Below are positions 51,849-64,000 of a stretch of 64,000 nucleotides of DNA, piece after piece. This DNA comes from Octopus vulgaris (lineage: Eukaryota), in NCBI GenBank assembly GCA_951406725.2, contig OX597832.1, positions 9,610,001-9,674,000 of the forward strand, written 5' to 3'. A program made the position numbers and the translations under genes. A model generated the notes under the pieces. It saw nothing but the letters and a program-made list of their open reading frames with translations, did no database searches and had not been told where the DNA came from. How positions within the stretch are numbered: position 1 is the stretch's first letter; each line of letters opens with the position of its first letter.

Positions 51849-53624
51849 TTCACACATACACACACGCACACACATATATTCAGCACAATGCGGAGCATGC
51901 TGTAGGGATACCCGGTTCCCTAGACCCCGTATCTAGTAGTGGGGTGCAGATTCAATGTGCAATTATCTCTTTTCAAGTTTCTAGTCTTCTCTCTATTATA
52001 CACGAATACATCAATTTTTTTCCACTCTTTCGCTCAATACTTTTCATAGAAAAATTGTTTTATCAAATTAGTTAGATATTTATTACTTTAATTTCAATAC
52101 ACAGATACGTACCAAAAATAATCCCTCTCTCTCTCTAACACACACCCGCGCACATACATACGTATGCACACATATAATGTATAATACGAATTTCTACTAT
52201 GAATTTGTATGAAGCACGATAATCAATATTTGATTGAATCATATACAAAAATTTAACGGTCATCTCTTCATTACATTTTATACACAGTTTTAAAGGATGT
52301 AAAACTTTCCTTTTTATAGGATGCTAGTTTTATTTTTCGTGTAGTGAAAATTAAATGAAATAAGGTTTCATTTTTTTTTTGCTCATGTCTAAGTGTAATA
52401 AAAATAGAATTATTATTTGCTCTAAGGTGGAAGCCATAAAATACTCCATTAGAAATAACGTTTCGCAAGATGTATTAAAAATATGTTTATTTCATTATAT
52501 TTAAACGGCTAATTGAAGTATCATTTCCTAGTATTTCATACTAACATTCACCTTTGACATCGCACTAGGCCAAGTGCAATATATATAATACGATGTAATT
52601 CTCAATGATACAGAATTTGTCATAGTTATAAATTGTGATTAGAAAGATGTTTCCTATTTATCATTCTTTCGAAAAAGAAGAGCAAAGAGAATAATTGTGT
52701 TTTCGAATTTTAAATTTGAATTTCTGATTTCTGTTTCCTTAACTATTCCAATCGAATTGAATATAAGAAAAAAAATTCCAGAAAAAAATGCTTAAAAATT
52801 CAATTACTTAATATATTCATGCTGTGAGTATTGAAGCAACATAGTGGATATTTAATATATTCTGAGAACTGTTAGAATTGATTTTAGTTCAGTAGTAAAT
52901 GTTGGTGTGATACTACTTTGCTCTGACATACATTTATATAGATACTTATAAACACTCAGGCAGACATACACACTCGCGCGCGCACCCATGAATATATATG
53001 TTTATATCTATATATAAAGGGAGAGAAACTGATATATGTATATGTATATATGCGTTTAGGTATTTGACATATATGTCATGCGTAAACACATACATTCATA
53101 CAGATATGCAAGTATCATACGAATATCACATAATATGTGTTTGTAAAAGATGCAAAATTAAGATATTTCATTTAAAGGGAACTAATTGCAGACATGTGGT
53201 CCTAAAAAAAACAACACAAAATAGGCCAAAACTAGGCGTAAGAAAAGCCTCTCGGAAGACAAGAGGAAGATGACGATATTTTGCGGTTATTGTCGCAGAG
53301 TAATATAACATAAATCCTCCATCATAGGAATCGGTAGCAACACCCAGCCAGAGATGTCTATACAAATCGTGTAAACCTAGAAGCATTGAACAGAGATAAA
53401 CGGATGTAATCGTGAAATATCGGCAGCTATCGTTTTCGTCTAATTCCGGCTATATCTTGTATCGCCTTGCGCTAAATTATAAAGTGTTCTGTAATACGAT
53501 GTTATTTTAAAGAGGTATCCATTAGACGAAATTTCACAGCTTTCTAGCTTTTAGTAAAACGCATATATTAAGAATATAATAACGATAATGTTTATATTAA
53601 GCTGCTTCAAAGACACAATTTAAA

Positions 53625-53689
53625 CACACATATATGTATGTGTGTGTATGTACGTATTTATATATGCACACACACACACACACATAAAT

Positions 53690-53750
<61 letters not shown>
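53625..53750. repeat. (CA)/(TA)n microsatellite
   Basis: Directly visible. Confidence 0.95.
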
Positions 53751-53751
<1 letters not shown>

Positions 53752-53972
53752 ATATTAAATTAGAGACAAAACTACTATTAGCCAAATCAAACAATGAAAA
53801 ACTTAAGCCAATACATATGATTAATTTATATTATTTAAATATGTAACAAAATTATTAATAAATATAATTAATATCACATTCTGATTTAATATAATATAAT
53901 ATTTTACTATAAAATTGGATTCAATCCTAAATCTGATTTTTCCCTGTAAGTTTGGATTTATTCCCTAATATT

Positions 53973-54011
<39 letters not shown>

Positions 54012-54286
54012 TATAATCAAAGTAAGCAACGAGAATATCTTCGGTAATTTGGTACTATCGTTTCACGCTACATGATTTTATTAAACATTGTAAGTATCAC
54101 ATCAGCTTTAAAATGTTGAGCAATCATCAGCCATTCATAGAATGGCTGATGATTGTTCTATAAATGGCTGATGATTGCTCAACATTTTAAAACTGATGTA
54201 ATACTTACAATGTTTAATAAAATGATGAAGCGTGAAACGATCGTATTAAGTTACCGAAGATATTCTTGTTGCTTACTTTGATTATA
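54012..54286. mobile_element. Foldback PLE-like cassette (arms of about 131 bp) containing a hammerhead with a long stem II loop
   Basis: 54012-54142 is complementary to 54156-54286; the spacer 54143-54155 is itself complementary to 54121-54133. Confidence 0.82.
54050..54133 (-). ncRNA. Type I hammerhead variant with a large loop II
   Basis: TGG-CTGATGA-TTGCT-(about 49 nt)-AGCGT-GAAAC-GATA-GTA-CCA; the mirror arm has the palindromic ACGATCGT stem III. Confidence 0.55.
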
Positions 54287-54791
54287 ATCACCCCATAGAT
54301 TTATATGGATAACATAGCAGAGCGGGTAAGGATTCTTTGTTAGACCTGGATCAGTCTTAAACTGAAAACATGAAATCTAGAAACCCTTCTCGCATTTCAA
54401 TCGCTATCTGCTCTAGGATTCCTTGTTTGTCGATTAAAGCTGTAAAAATTCTTGTAGACTGGAAACAAACGAAGGGCAGTGGTTCCCTGCTCATTATTCT
54501 GTCTGAAGGAGATAATCCGCCCTGTTTAACTCTAAATGACTAAAAGAGTGTATATTATTCTTTTGTTTACAAATTAACTGACCGTAATTTGCAAATTAAC
54601 TGATTCCAGTGTGAAGAGAGGTTATATGCCCTCGGCGATCAACGACAGACAAAATCATTTATAAAGGGAAGTGTATTGTTGTTGCGAAACCATTGGTCAC
54701 TCTATTACTGGACGTATATTTAAATGCATGTTGATTCATTACTTCTCTATTCTTTAGAATATGCTTCTTTTTCGGATATATAATCCACTGA

Positions 54792-54856
<65 letters not shown>

Positions 54857-55329
54857 ATTTAAAAAAGGAAAATACGCACACTTACATAGTGTTAATATAA
54901 TTTTTAATATATCGACTGGTTTCGCTATTGATATTCATGATATTATGTTCTATTTATTTGAATATATATTTTTTTTCTTCAGAACAAAATTTGGTTCATG
55001 TTGTGTGTGACACCTGATCAGGGATGCGCAATGATATGTGTTAATGCCTATTTATATTTATATTTATATTCTCCCCTTTCATGGTGATGTTCTCTTGACT
55101 GGATTACAGCTTATGCATGGAAAAAAGTAAAAAGAGATGTCTGTAAAAATCACGTAAATTTAAGAGCATTCAACAAAGATTTAGGATGTAACCACGAAAT
55201 ATCGGCATCTGTCATTTTCGTTACTTATATCTGTACTTGCCAAAGAGTGCCTGTTTAAGTACAGGTACAAATTCATTAGCACTTTATCATACACATTAAT
55301 CTGTCTGTTCCATAATATGCGCCATTGAA

Positions 55330-55600
55330 AAGTAAGATATTTATAATCTTTAATAATCTGTTTTCTTCTTCATCATTTGATATTAATGATATTTTTTTCA
55401 GTCTGTATAAGTTGTTAACAACGCATCCTCCTGAAGCAAATTCCCTGCTTTTATTCGCTATTCTTATTACAGCTTATGCTTCAGGGAAATGGTACATTAG
55501 ATTACAACTATTACATATACTTTCTATGCTCCGTCTGTCAATTCCTCTGTAACAACATCGATTTTTCCGGTTGCTGGGGTTCTTTTAATTACAACATATA
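55330..55600 (-). mobile_element. Possible PLE GIY-YIG relic
   Basis: Minus strand ICNSCNLMY..ANKAGNLLQE loosely resembles the C.S.NLIY...YIGQTG..L motif of PLE endonucleases. Confidence 0.3.
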
Positions 55601-55647
55601 ATATTCGTTAGTTTTCAACCCACCTGCTTTCAAGGTTTAATTGTTTT

Positions 55648-55649
<2 letters not shown>

Positions 55650-55730
<81 letters not shown>
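55650..55730. repeat. (TA)n microsatellite
   Basis: Directly visible. Confidence 0.98.
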
Positions 55731-55732
<2 letters not shown>

Positions 55733-58700
55733 GCAGTTTGTTATTATTTCTGTGTACATGACGTTCGTGTAAGAGATTGAAAATAACAACAATGTCAATA
55801 GGAACCTTTAGTTGATTTAAATCAAACTGCTTCAATTTTGAGAAAATTAGGAAACTTTTTGCTTGCTACTTTTATTGAATTGCTCACGCGTGAAAAGACT
55901 CCCCGGCATAGAAACCACGTCTTTAAATATCAATGTCAGAAGCGTTGCCATCTATCATTTATAAGAAATGAACTTCCAGTTCTCTCTCTATATATATTAC
56001 TTTACACAATGCTATTTGCACGTTCTCCTTCATTCGAAAAACGTACTTATTTCATTGTTTAACTTCCATTACCACCAATAGCTTATATGTTGTTTATTTA
56101 TGAAAATTACACACACATTTACACACACATACATACACGTACATTCGCTGATGTATTTAGGTGCATATATATAAAGAAACTCGTAGCAGGAGATGCCCAG
56201 ATTACACAGAAAATAGAATAAACTTTGAATGCTAAAGTATAATGGAACATGATGTGAGACTTTGGACGAATATTGCATAAAAGAAAATAATTTTTATAAG
56301 AAAATATGAATGAGATACGTAGTGAAAAGATGGAATCACACTCTTACATTCTCTCTCGCACACACACACTCACTCCCTCTCTCTATTTGTATATGTGCGT
56401 GTGTAATGTGATATATCGGTATATGTATGCATGTGTGTATTTATGAATCTGTGTATGTATGTATGTATGTATATATATACACATCTGTGTGTGCGTATGT
56501 CTCTTTGTGAGTGAGCGAGTGAAGAAGAGAGATAATAGTGGGTTTTGTGTATAATATAAAAATATGCTTTTTCTCCAGAAAGAAATATCAATTTTTAAGG
56601 CAAAATCGTATTTACATTCCTTGTCAGACTTATTTACTCAGATAATGGAATCGTTCGGCAATGTCCATTCTTACCATTAGCTTTCTGGAATGTGTTTCTT
56701 TTTAATCCCTCGTCTTGCACTTCAGAAGAATGTAATACACCTATTTTCACGTGCATACATACAAACACACTGTTTAAAGCAAACACATACATAAACTATT
56801 ATCTGAACGGAAGTATAAATGTGTATATAGGATTATCTACTCGTGCATGTTAAATTATAGGTATGATCTCTTTATACGTTTTGAATATTGCTTTATATGT
56901 TGGCCATCATTCTTGTAATATTACGTTCTTTCTTCCCTGACTTATGATTGAATGTGAATGACAACACCTCTTATTCCATATTATTTTCTTCTCTTAAAAT
57001 CTGTTATGGTTATGTCAATGTATTTGCGTTCTTTTTTACCGTCTTTGCATTGAATATTTGCTAACGTTTGTTATGAAACCGAATATCCTTATCAGGTGAA
57101 TCTTTATTTACCAGTTACTGGAAATGTGCACGTATAAAATTATGTCGAGATTCTGACGACATATGTAAATGCATCATTCGGCAATCGTTAAAGTAGTCAC
57201 GGTTCAAATTTTAGAGCACACTTTAATATCATATAATCTGCTAATTTAGGAATAAGATCTGAAGGAATAAGATCCTTGTTTATCTAATGTAATTTGAAGT
57301 AACGATAATCTGCATTTATATAATAGTCACCTTCAGAATGTATTCCTCAAATATTAAACGTAGATATTTGCCAATATATATGGAAACATTTAATGCTTAC
57401 CCTCGCTGTAGGTTAATTTAGTTGAAAGATAATTTTACATCACTAGTGTATTGCAAAATAGTCTCTCACATAGTCTCTCACATCTTGATCTTTTTTCTTC
57501 GAATGCGATATTTATGAACCATATTCTCTTGATTAAAGGGTCGGTATTCAGTACATACAAATATATAATCTCAATACGATTTCTTAGTAACGCAAAATGG
57601 ATAGCCATAATAAATAACTGGACTGTTAATTTGATTAGCATTTTATGGGATATTTAAATTCAAATAAAATTTTAACGATGTTTTATAGAGATTCATACAA
57701 AGACACTCAGTTTTAATAGTTGTATAAGCATTATCAAAAGCATAAATATGCATACAGATAGTAATAGTAATACAGATAATCATAGCAATTAATTTACAAA
57801 CTTCACACTTTGGATCAGGTTTAGATTTAATCTGAAAATGAAAGGGGAATATATTCCATTATACGCGCAACGGTGTTACATTCAACGCATATGTACGTAT
57901 CACTTTTATTGTTAGTCATCATCATTCATCTAAGACCCCTATGTTTTAATTCATAAATATATTGTTATCTTTTCCAATGGTTACAATATAGTAAATGCAA
58001 GTGTGTCCACGTCATAACAACAAGCACTATTCTGTTGCTGAAATATATGCAGTGTTGTACTTTTGAAATTTAGTATTTGTTTTTGATCCAGATGTTTTCT
58101 GTTACGTAAATTTAGTTTATTCACTATGTATTTCATTATTTGCGTCGTACAATGAGTGGCATATGCGCAAAACATTATTTGTATGAGCGTGCTGCAGATT
58201 ATGGATTGTCATATAGTAACGCTTATCGTTTAGATGAGGAAGTATTCTTTTATATTTATCTCGTTTTAATTTCGTACAACCTAAGCGTATATGTCGTGCA
58301 TCGATATCTGTGCATAGAGTGCAGTTTAAACTGCATAATTCAAGACGGGTCTTAATGATGTTATTTTACACTAGCCTCTTTTGCTTTTCCATGTTTCATT
58401 TCAACTAATTCTTTAGATAATCCATTGCTCCCGATTGAATTCTTAGCATTTTCAAATTCATATTTCTCAATCTAACAGTTTCTCGAGAAGCGTTCAGCGT
58501 AATATGAAAGATATGTTGAACACTTTTAACTATGATAACTCACACTTCGTCTCTGGTTGGAAATATAATAATATATTCCCATTGTTTTAATTTTCAAACA
58601 GCGAAATAGTAGAATTGGAACGCTGTAGGATAGAATGCCTTCGATTATGTCTATTGGTTCTCTTTCGAAACCAGCTGGAGACAATTTTGTTGTCCGTACA

Positions 58701-59979
58701 TTTGGTTTCCTTAATTAAGGTAAGTGTTACCTTGTATTTCCTCACAGTGGACAGGTTTTATCCTACCATGGATCTTGCATTGGCCTGATAGAGAAACCCT
58801 CTAAGATTAACTGTTGAAATATTGCTTTAGTATATATTTATATAGATATATAGATATATATATATATATATATATGCGTGTGTGTGTGTAAATGTAAACG
58901 AAGATACATTTCAACAGACCATCATTTGCAATGACAGAAGATAAATGCGTGTGCGTAAATACACACACACGCACGCACACACACGTGCACACACATACAC
59001 ACATACACATATATATATGTCGTTATTCGTAAGTATATATTGTATATATACACACATATATATGTTTAATTGGTGGGGATATTTATATATATATATTTGT
59101 ATACATACGCACACATATCCACATCTATATTAACTGAAGATTCATATTAGAGCCATCGACTTTTAACTGTAATTCTAATGCACTTGTGATATCACTTATG
59201 GAAACTTGCTCCCTCTGGTTCATAAATGTGGGAATATATATGAGTATAGAGATCTCATCATTTCCTTATCACTTAACTGACATCTATTGCAGCGTTGGTC
59301 ATGTTTCATAATCATCCTATACACATGTCTCCTAAACATATTCCTTAAACGGCCTTTTATATTAGTTTCCCTCCTGAATCACCTTTATAGCCGTTAACAG
59401 TGTTTCCTGCTGTTTATCAGTAGATTTCAATCGGACGAATGCCAAATATAATTGCCCAAAAGCTTTTTCATGCAATTAAATTATAGACTTCCATGTTATC
59501 TAATTGCGGAAATAGAGCTGAACAAAAGTCATCTGATGCAGACCAAAATTTTAATATTTCCTATAATTCCTTCTTTTGCTTATACCTGCTTAGTTACTTA
59601 GTCTTTTTTCATGTGGATGGGTTTCGGGAATCCTCTAGTACAAATCAAAGCAAAATATCGAATAGATTTCTTTCCATTTCCACCATTTTGGTGCAGAATA
59701 TTTTGTTTAATGGGTTGTTTGTATAATCACAATAGTGGGCATACAGAACAATTAGAGCGTACAAAAAATGTTATCTAATTTATGATGACACATCAGATTC
59801 CGATTTCAAATCTCATCGAGTCTAGCTTTATTGATTATACATCGTTGATGATAAAATAATGTACAAATGAATAACAGCGGTCACCAATAAATAACAGTGG
59901 TCTCTTTGCATCAATAAACTACTATTTTTATGCTATTATATTTTCTTCATGGAAATATTATTCATATATTGTCTACTAG

Positions 59980-61260
59980 AATTGTTCAACGCAATGAAGA
60001 CGCCTCACTTGCAAAATACAAAACATGATTTACAGCTCCGGTATACATGAATAGATATTTCGAGGAATATATAATGATTCTACAAAGATCTGCCACACAA
60101 ATATTCCGACAAATATATATTAAATCAAACATTGCAAATAAAGATAAAAAAAACATTGGGATGTCTATAGAAAGTCAACGGCTATAGTTATTAAACAAGT
60201 CGAAATAATAGGAACAATTGTATTAATAGACAAGGCACCACATTACTCGGGTAATGGTATTAAGTTAATTCAATGGCCGATTTATTTCAACAGAAAATTA
60301 GAAACGAATGCAGCTAAACGAACGATGAATAAAATTGGTAAATTAGCGAAGAAACTCAAACATGATTTAACCAAAAAGGCGTCGGATAAAATCAGATAAC
60401 TAATGTAAAGAAATCAACTACAGCTTGACCGATCTTCTCATAACATATTTAAGATTCCCAAACCAAGTGATCTAGAAGTACATTTAATTGTTGCAGGACC
60501 GGCGTCCAACACTCAACAATTAAGCGACTTGCTTGTCATAATCTTGAAACTTATGTGTAAAAAAATGAACTGACGCTACAGATATCTGCTGTACAAAACG
60601 ATTGAATATATCACATCAGTTTCTGAAATCCTCTAGGAACACCTAAATGTAACGTTCGATATATACGTTATGATAGTTTCTCATCTTGGCACGAGGCCTT
60701 CAGTTTCATGCGAGTAGTAATATTGGTTCAATAAATGAAAAACGAAAGTGCGTTTAGACATGCTACAAAATAGTTAAATTTCCATGACATCTTTTCTGCT
60801 TAAAGGGAAGCAATATTGCCGTTTATGTCTATTTAGGTGTTCCATAAGCACAATGCAGTCCAGAATCTTCGTGACTCAACAAATCTATAACAATGCAATT
60901 CCGACAACATCAACGACCTGCCTACTTATTTCAAAGTGTCTCAGAAATACTGTATCAATACTGACGTTCTTGAGAGGAGCTAACTATCGCCAGAAAAAAT
61001 GCGTTGAAAATCAGACAATCATAACGACTAATTATTCATATAGTAGCCTCCTCCATTTTCTAATATCAGTTCAATTACTCTTAATAATAACAATGCTAAT
61101 AAACATTACAATCTTCGAGTGTGAATTCTGCTAATGTGTTTCAAGTCATACTTCATAGGTAAGAAATATACACTCAGTTAAATCATCAAGAAGTTAAACA
61201 AATACGTTTCAGTCCATATAATCATCCCCGTAATTACACATGCAAGTCATGTTATAAGCC
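59980..61260 (+). mobile_element. Degenerate Penelope-like RT relic (probably Penelope/Poseidon-like)
   Basis: AIVIKQVEIIGTIVLIDK (near 60182) resembles the IK.ADKG..V.MD motif. IPKPSDLEVHLIVAGPASNTQQLSDLLVIILK (about 60454-60550) resembles the LRPIV.GP...T..LS..LD..L motif. Confidence 0.7.
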
Positions 61261-61502
61261 ATGTTATAGTTATAAGCCAATGTCACACGAAAATACTTGG
61301 CTCATATAAAACACTGTATTGTATAGTTAACTAACAGGAGCACTTTTATGAAAATTGAAACACAATATTTAACAAACGAAATTTAATGCAATATGGATGC
61401 CGGTACGAAAATCAACATACATATTTTATCTAAACGCTGTGTTGTTTTCGTTAAGTTTTACATTGGTCATATTATAAAGCTATACTTGCATTTTGGAAAA
61501 GC

Positions 61503-61570
61503 TTATTTCCTCCGCCAATAAAGGAGGTTATGTTTTCATCGACGTTGGTTTGTTTGTCTGTCACTCTATT
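61503..61570 (+). mobile_element. Possible 5' end of a Helentron-associated (HINE/DINE-like) element
   Basis: TTATTTCCTCCGCC..GGAGGTTATGTTTTCATCG followed by (GTTT/GTCT)n; 3' end uncertain, possibly near 62130-62150. Confidence 0.4.
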
Positions 61571-63019
61571 GAAAAATATACGCCAAACCTTAACTTTTTC
61601 TAACATTTTTAAATAAGGAAACTCACCTCATTGAAAAAAAGATATAAAGCAAAATGTAACCACTTGTAACATTCTATTCCTTCTAAACCAAATCATGTTA
61701 AGTTAAACAAGCCTAGACATTCCCAACGTCTTTGATTATCTCCATTATAACGTAAAAATTCCCTGATTACCTTCCCCAGTCTGGAACTCCATAATTCACA
61801 ACATAGGGAAGACATGACACGATATAGGTAAAGAAACTTGAGAAATTTGAAAAGAAAATACAAAACCAATTATTTTTCCTTAAGCTATATTACTATACAT
61901 TAAATTTTATAACATATTTTTCTAACATAACGATTTAAATATATTCTTTAACACACGCCTTCTGTAGTTTTTTCACTCCTTTTTGATTTTTATACATCCG
62001 ACCACGTGCTTTCACATAACAACTCTCTCTCTCTCTCTCTTTCGCACAACCACCCACACACACACACACCCACATATATGCGTGTTGCGTTTATTTAAGT
62101 TGCGATATCGTCACACTCGTCACCCTCAAGCGGACGAGGAATGCACGTAGAAAAAATCTTATTTTGCAAAATAAAGTTAACAAGGGGTTCCCTGTTTTGG
62201 AGGATATTATATTTTATATATAAGCTATGAGTGCAATGCTTGCGAGAGCCGTAAGGAAATGAATTTAAATGCATGACGACGTCTTTACTTTCTGCTTATT
62301 TAATGTGCGATATTAAATATATACACACACACACAAAAGCACCCCCACCAAACACAAAAGTGAAGTATATGCAGTGATGTATATACGTAAAAAGGATATA
62401 CATACACAGCGCAAACACACACACACACGCACGCACACACATACACGCCTCTCGCTGTATATATGTATATATATATATATATATACATACATATATATAT
62501 ATATATATATACACATATATCGATATAACATGCGCACATATGTCAAGTACAGATTAAGTGCAGGTACGTATATATATATATGTCTATGTGTGTGTGTGTG
62601 TGTTGTTATGTAAGTGTATATTTATATACATGCATGCATGCATAAATATTTAATCACATTCGTACGCAATCATGTTATAGTTATTGAATCTCGTTCCTAA
62701 AATAGACGCCTTACTTTCCAGTTCTTGCTTAAGCTGAACGTTTTCTACTCGATACAACATTCACATTTCTCCTCGATACAACATTCACAGCCAGGGCATC
62801 AGCGCTTTAATTGTAAATACACACACTAAAAGTGCAAGATACATTGATAGATTGATAGGTATGTTTGTGCGTGCGTGTACCTACAGAGAATGAAAGAGAT
62901 ACATATAAATAGATAGATATATAGTTAGGTAAATTCATATTTGTATACATGTATACGCATAAACGTACAAATATATAATTCTAATCCATGTTTTTATAAA
63001 TGACATAAATGAAGTGCAG

Positions 63020-63228
63020 TTCTCTATTTAAGAGAGGAGGAATTACGTGCATTATTTACATTATTTCCATTCGACGGATATTTGTCCACGGGCATATGGC
63101 GTAGTGAGTTAAGAGCTTCCGAGGTCGATTCCAGGCAGTGTCCTGAACAACAACAACAACAACAACAACAAAATAATAACAACAACAACAACAACAACAA
63201 CAACAGCAATGATAATAATAATAATAAT

Positions 63229-63302
<74 letters not shown>

Positions 63303-63472
63303 GAACAACAACATCGAAAAATACCTTAGGAATGAGAACCCAGGTTCGAAATTTCCCAAGTCAATTGAAGGAGGCTGGAGGGCATATGATCCAAAACGTG
63401 TTAACAACAAACTAGATGAGGACAAATATCCGCCGAATGTAAATGATGTAAATAAAGTAAATAATGCGCATT
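63020..63472 (+). mobile_element. SINE family P: inverted tail, tRNA-derived head, (AAC/AAT)n, core and hammerhead-like PLE tail
   Basis: Inverted tail 63020-63087; head 63089-63145 (A box TGGCGTAGTG, B-box-like GGTCGATTCC, GGGCA/TGTCC acceptor-like pairing); microsatellite 63146-63312; core 63313-63360; decayed HHR 63361-63405; tail to about 63472. Confidence 0.85.
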
Positions 63473-63614
63473 ATTGAGATGTTAATAAAAAATTGTAATT
63501 AACAGAGTTTGAGTGAAACTTTTGCAACTGATACGATCGCTGTAGAAATTATTTGAAACAATGTCCTCGGAGACGTAGTGTTAATGCAGTAATGAGACGA
63601 AAATAAACATAAGT

Positions 63615-63780
63615 TTTTCTGTCTTTGGTCTGCGGCCATGATAGTCAGGCTTCCTTGAATACAGCAGTATTTACATTCTCGTAAGTTTGGTAGTTACTCT
63701 AACGGACTCGCTTGCCGAACCACAAATACCGGCTGCAAGGCGGGGATGGGGAGAAATACAAACACAAATACACACACATA
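63615..63780 (-). mobile_element. Degenerate 3' part of SINE family C
   Basis: CTGCGGCCATG..TTGCCGAACC..ACCGGCTG..AAGGCG..GGGGAGAAATACAAACAC aligns with 42970-43150. Confidence 0.6.
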
Positions 63781-64000
63781 CATGTATAAGTACATACACA
63801 TATGCATATAAGTACATATACATATACATACACATACACACAAATATATTTATATATATAGATATATATATGTATATATATATTTATATATATGTATATA
63901 TGTGTGTGTGTATATGTGTGTGTGTATATATACATTTACATGCAGATAGATAGATACACATTCATATATATATATGTTGACACACACACACACACTCACA

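Noticed and set aside
54910-54986. Minus strand CTGAAGA...GCGAAACCAGTC hammerhead-like motif
   Set aside because: No convincing stem II at the core, and stem I relies on wobble pairs.
57459-57484. Short tandem duplications (also 62747-62789 and 57248-57275), considered as CRISPR-like or regulatory arrays
   Set aside because: Two copies only with no spacers; ordinary slippage duplications in eukaryotic DNA.
63082-63477. 131-aa Q/N-rich, prion-like ORF
   Set aside because: It lies entirely within the family P SINE and its (AAC/AAT)n spacer and starts at a non-ATG codon.

Overview
AT-rich (roughly one-third GC), microsatellite-dense eukaryotic DNA with no recognisable host protein-coding exon, so it is intergenic or intronic. 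The tRNA-derived SINE families, Penelope-like elements (PLEs) and extreme (TA)n/(TG)n/(AAT)n content suggest an octopod cephalopod such as Octopus (inference from repeat content). Most ORFs in the track are microsatellite read-throughs. The real coding remnants are all transposon-derived: a two-ORF L1/Tx1-type LINE (2746-7032, -), a young 5'-truncated CR1-type LINE (13043-15900, -), older CR1 relics, several PLE RT/GIY-YIG relics, probable RLE-type LINE relics and an internally deleted mariner. Non-coding mobile elements include a non-autonomous Helitron, a foldback MITE and at least five SINE types that exchange head and tail modules. The strongest unexplained signal is a set of minimal type I hammerhead ribozyme (HHR) motifs, two near-canonical and about eight variant or degenerate. 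They lie in short non-coding cassettes, mostly next to (TA)n tracts, and often carry PLE-style inverted or tandem duplications. One family has a tRNA-derived Pol III head, an (AAT)n spacer, a conserved core and an HHR-bearing PLE-like tail, so it looks like a SINE mobilised by Penelope machinery. Another copy of the same core carries the 3' tail of a different LINE found in this window. All alignments were done by eye and coordinates of degenerate relics are approximate.
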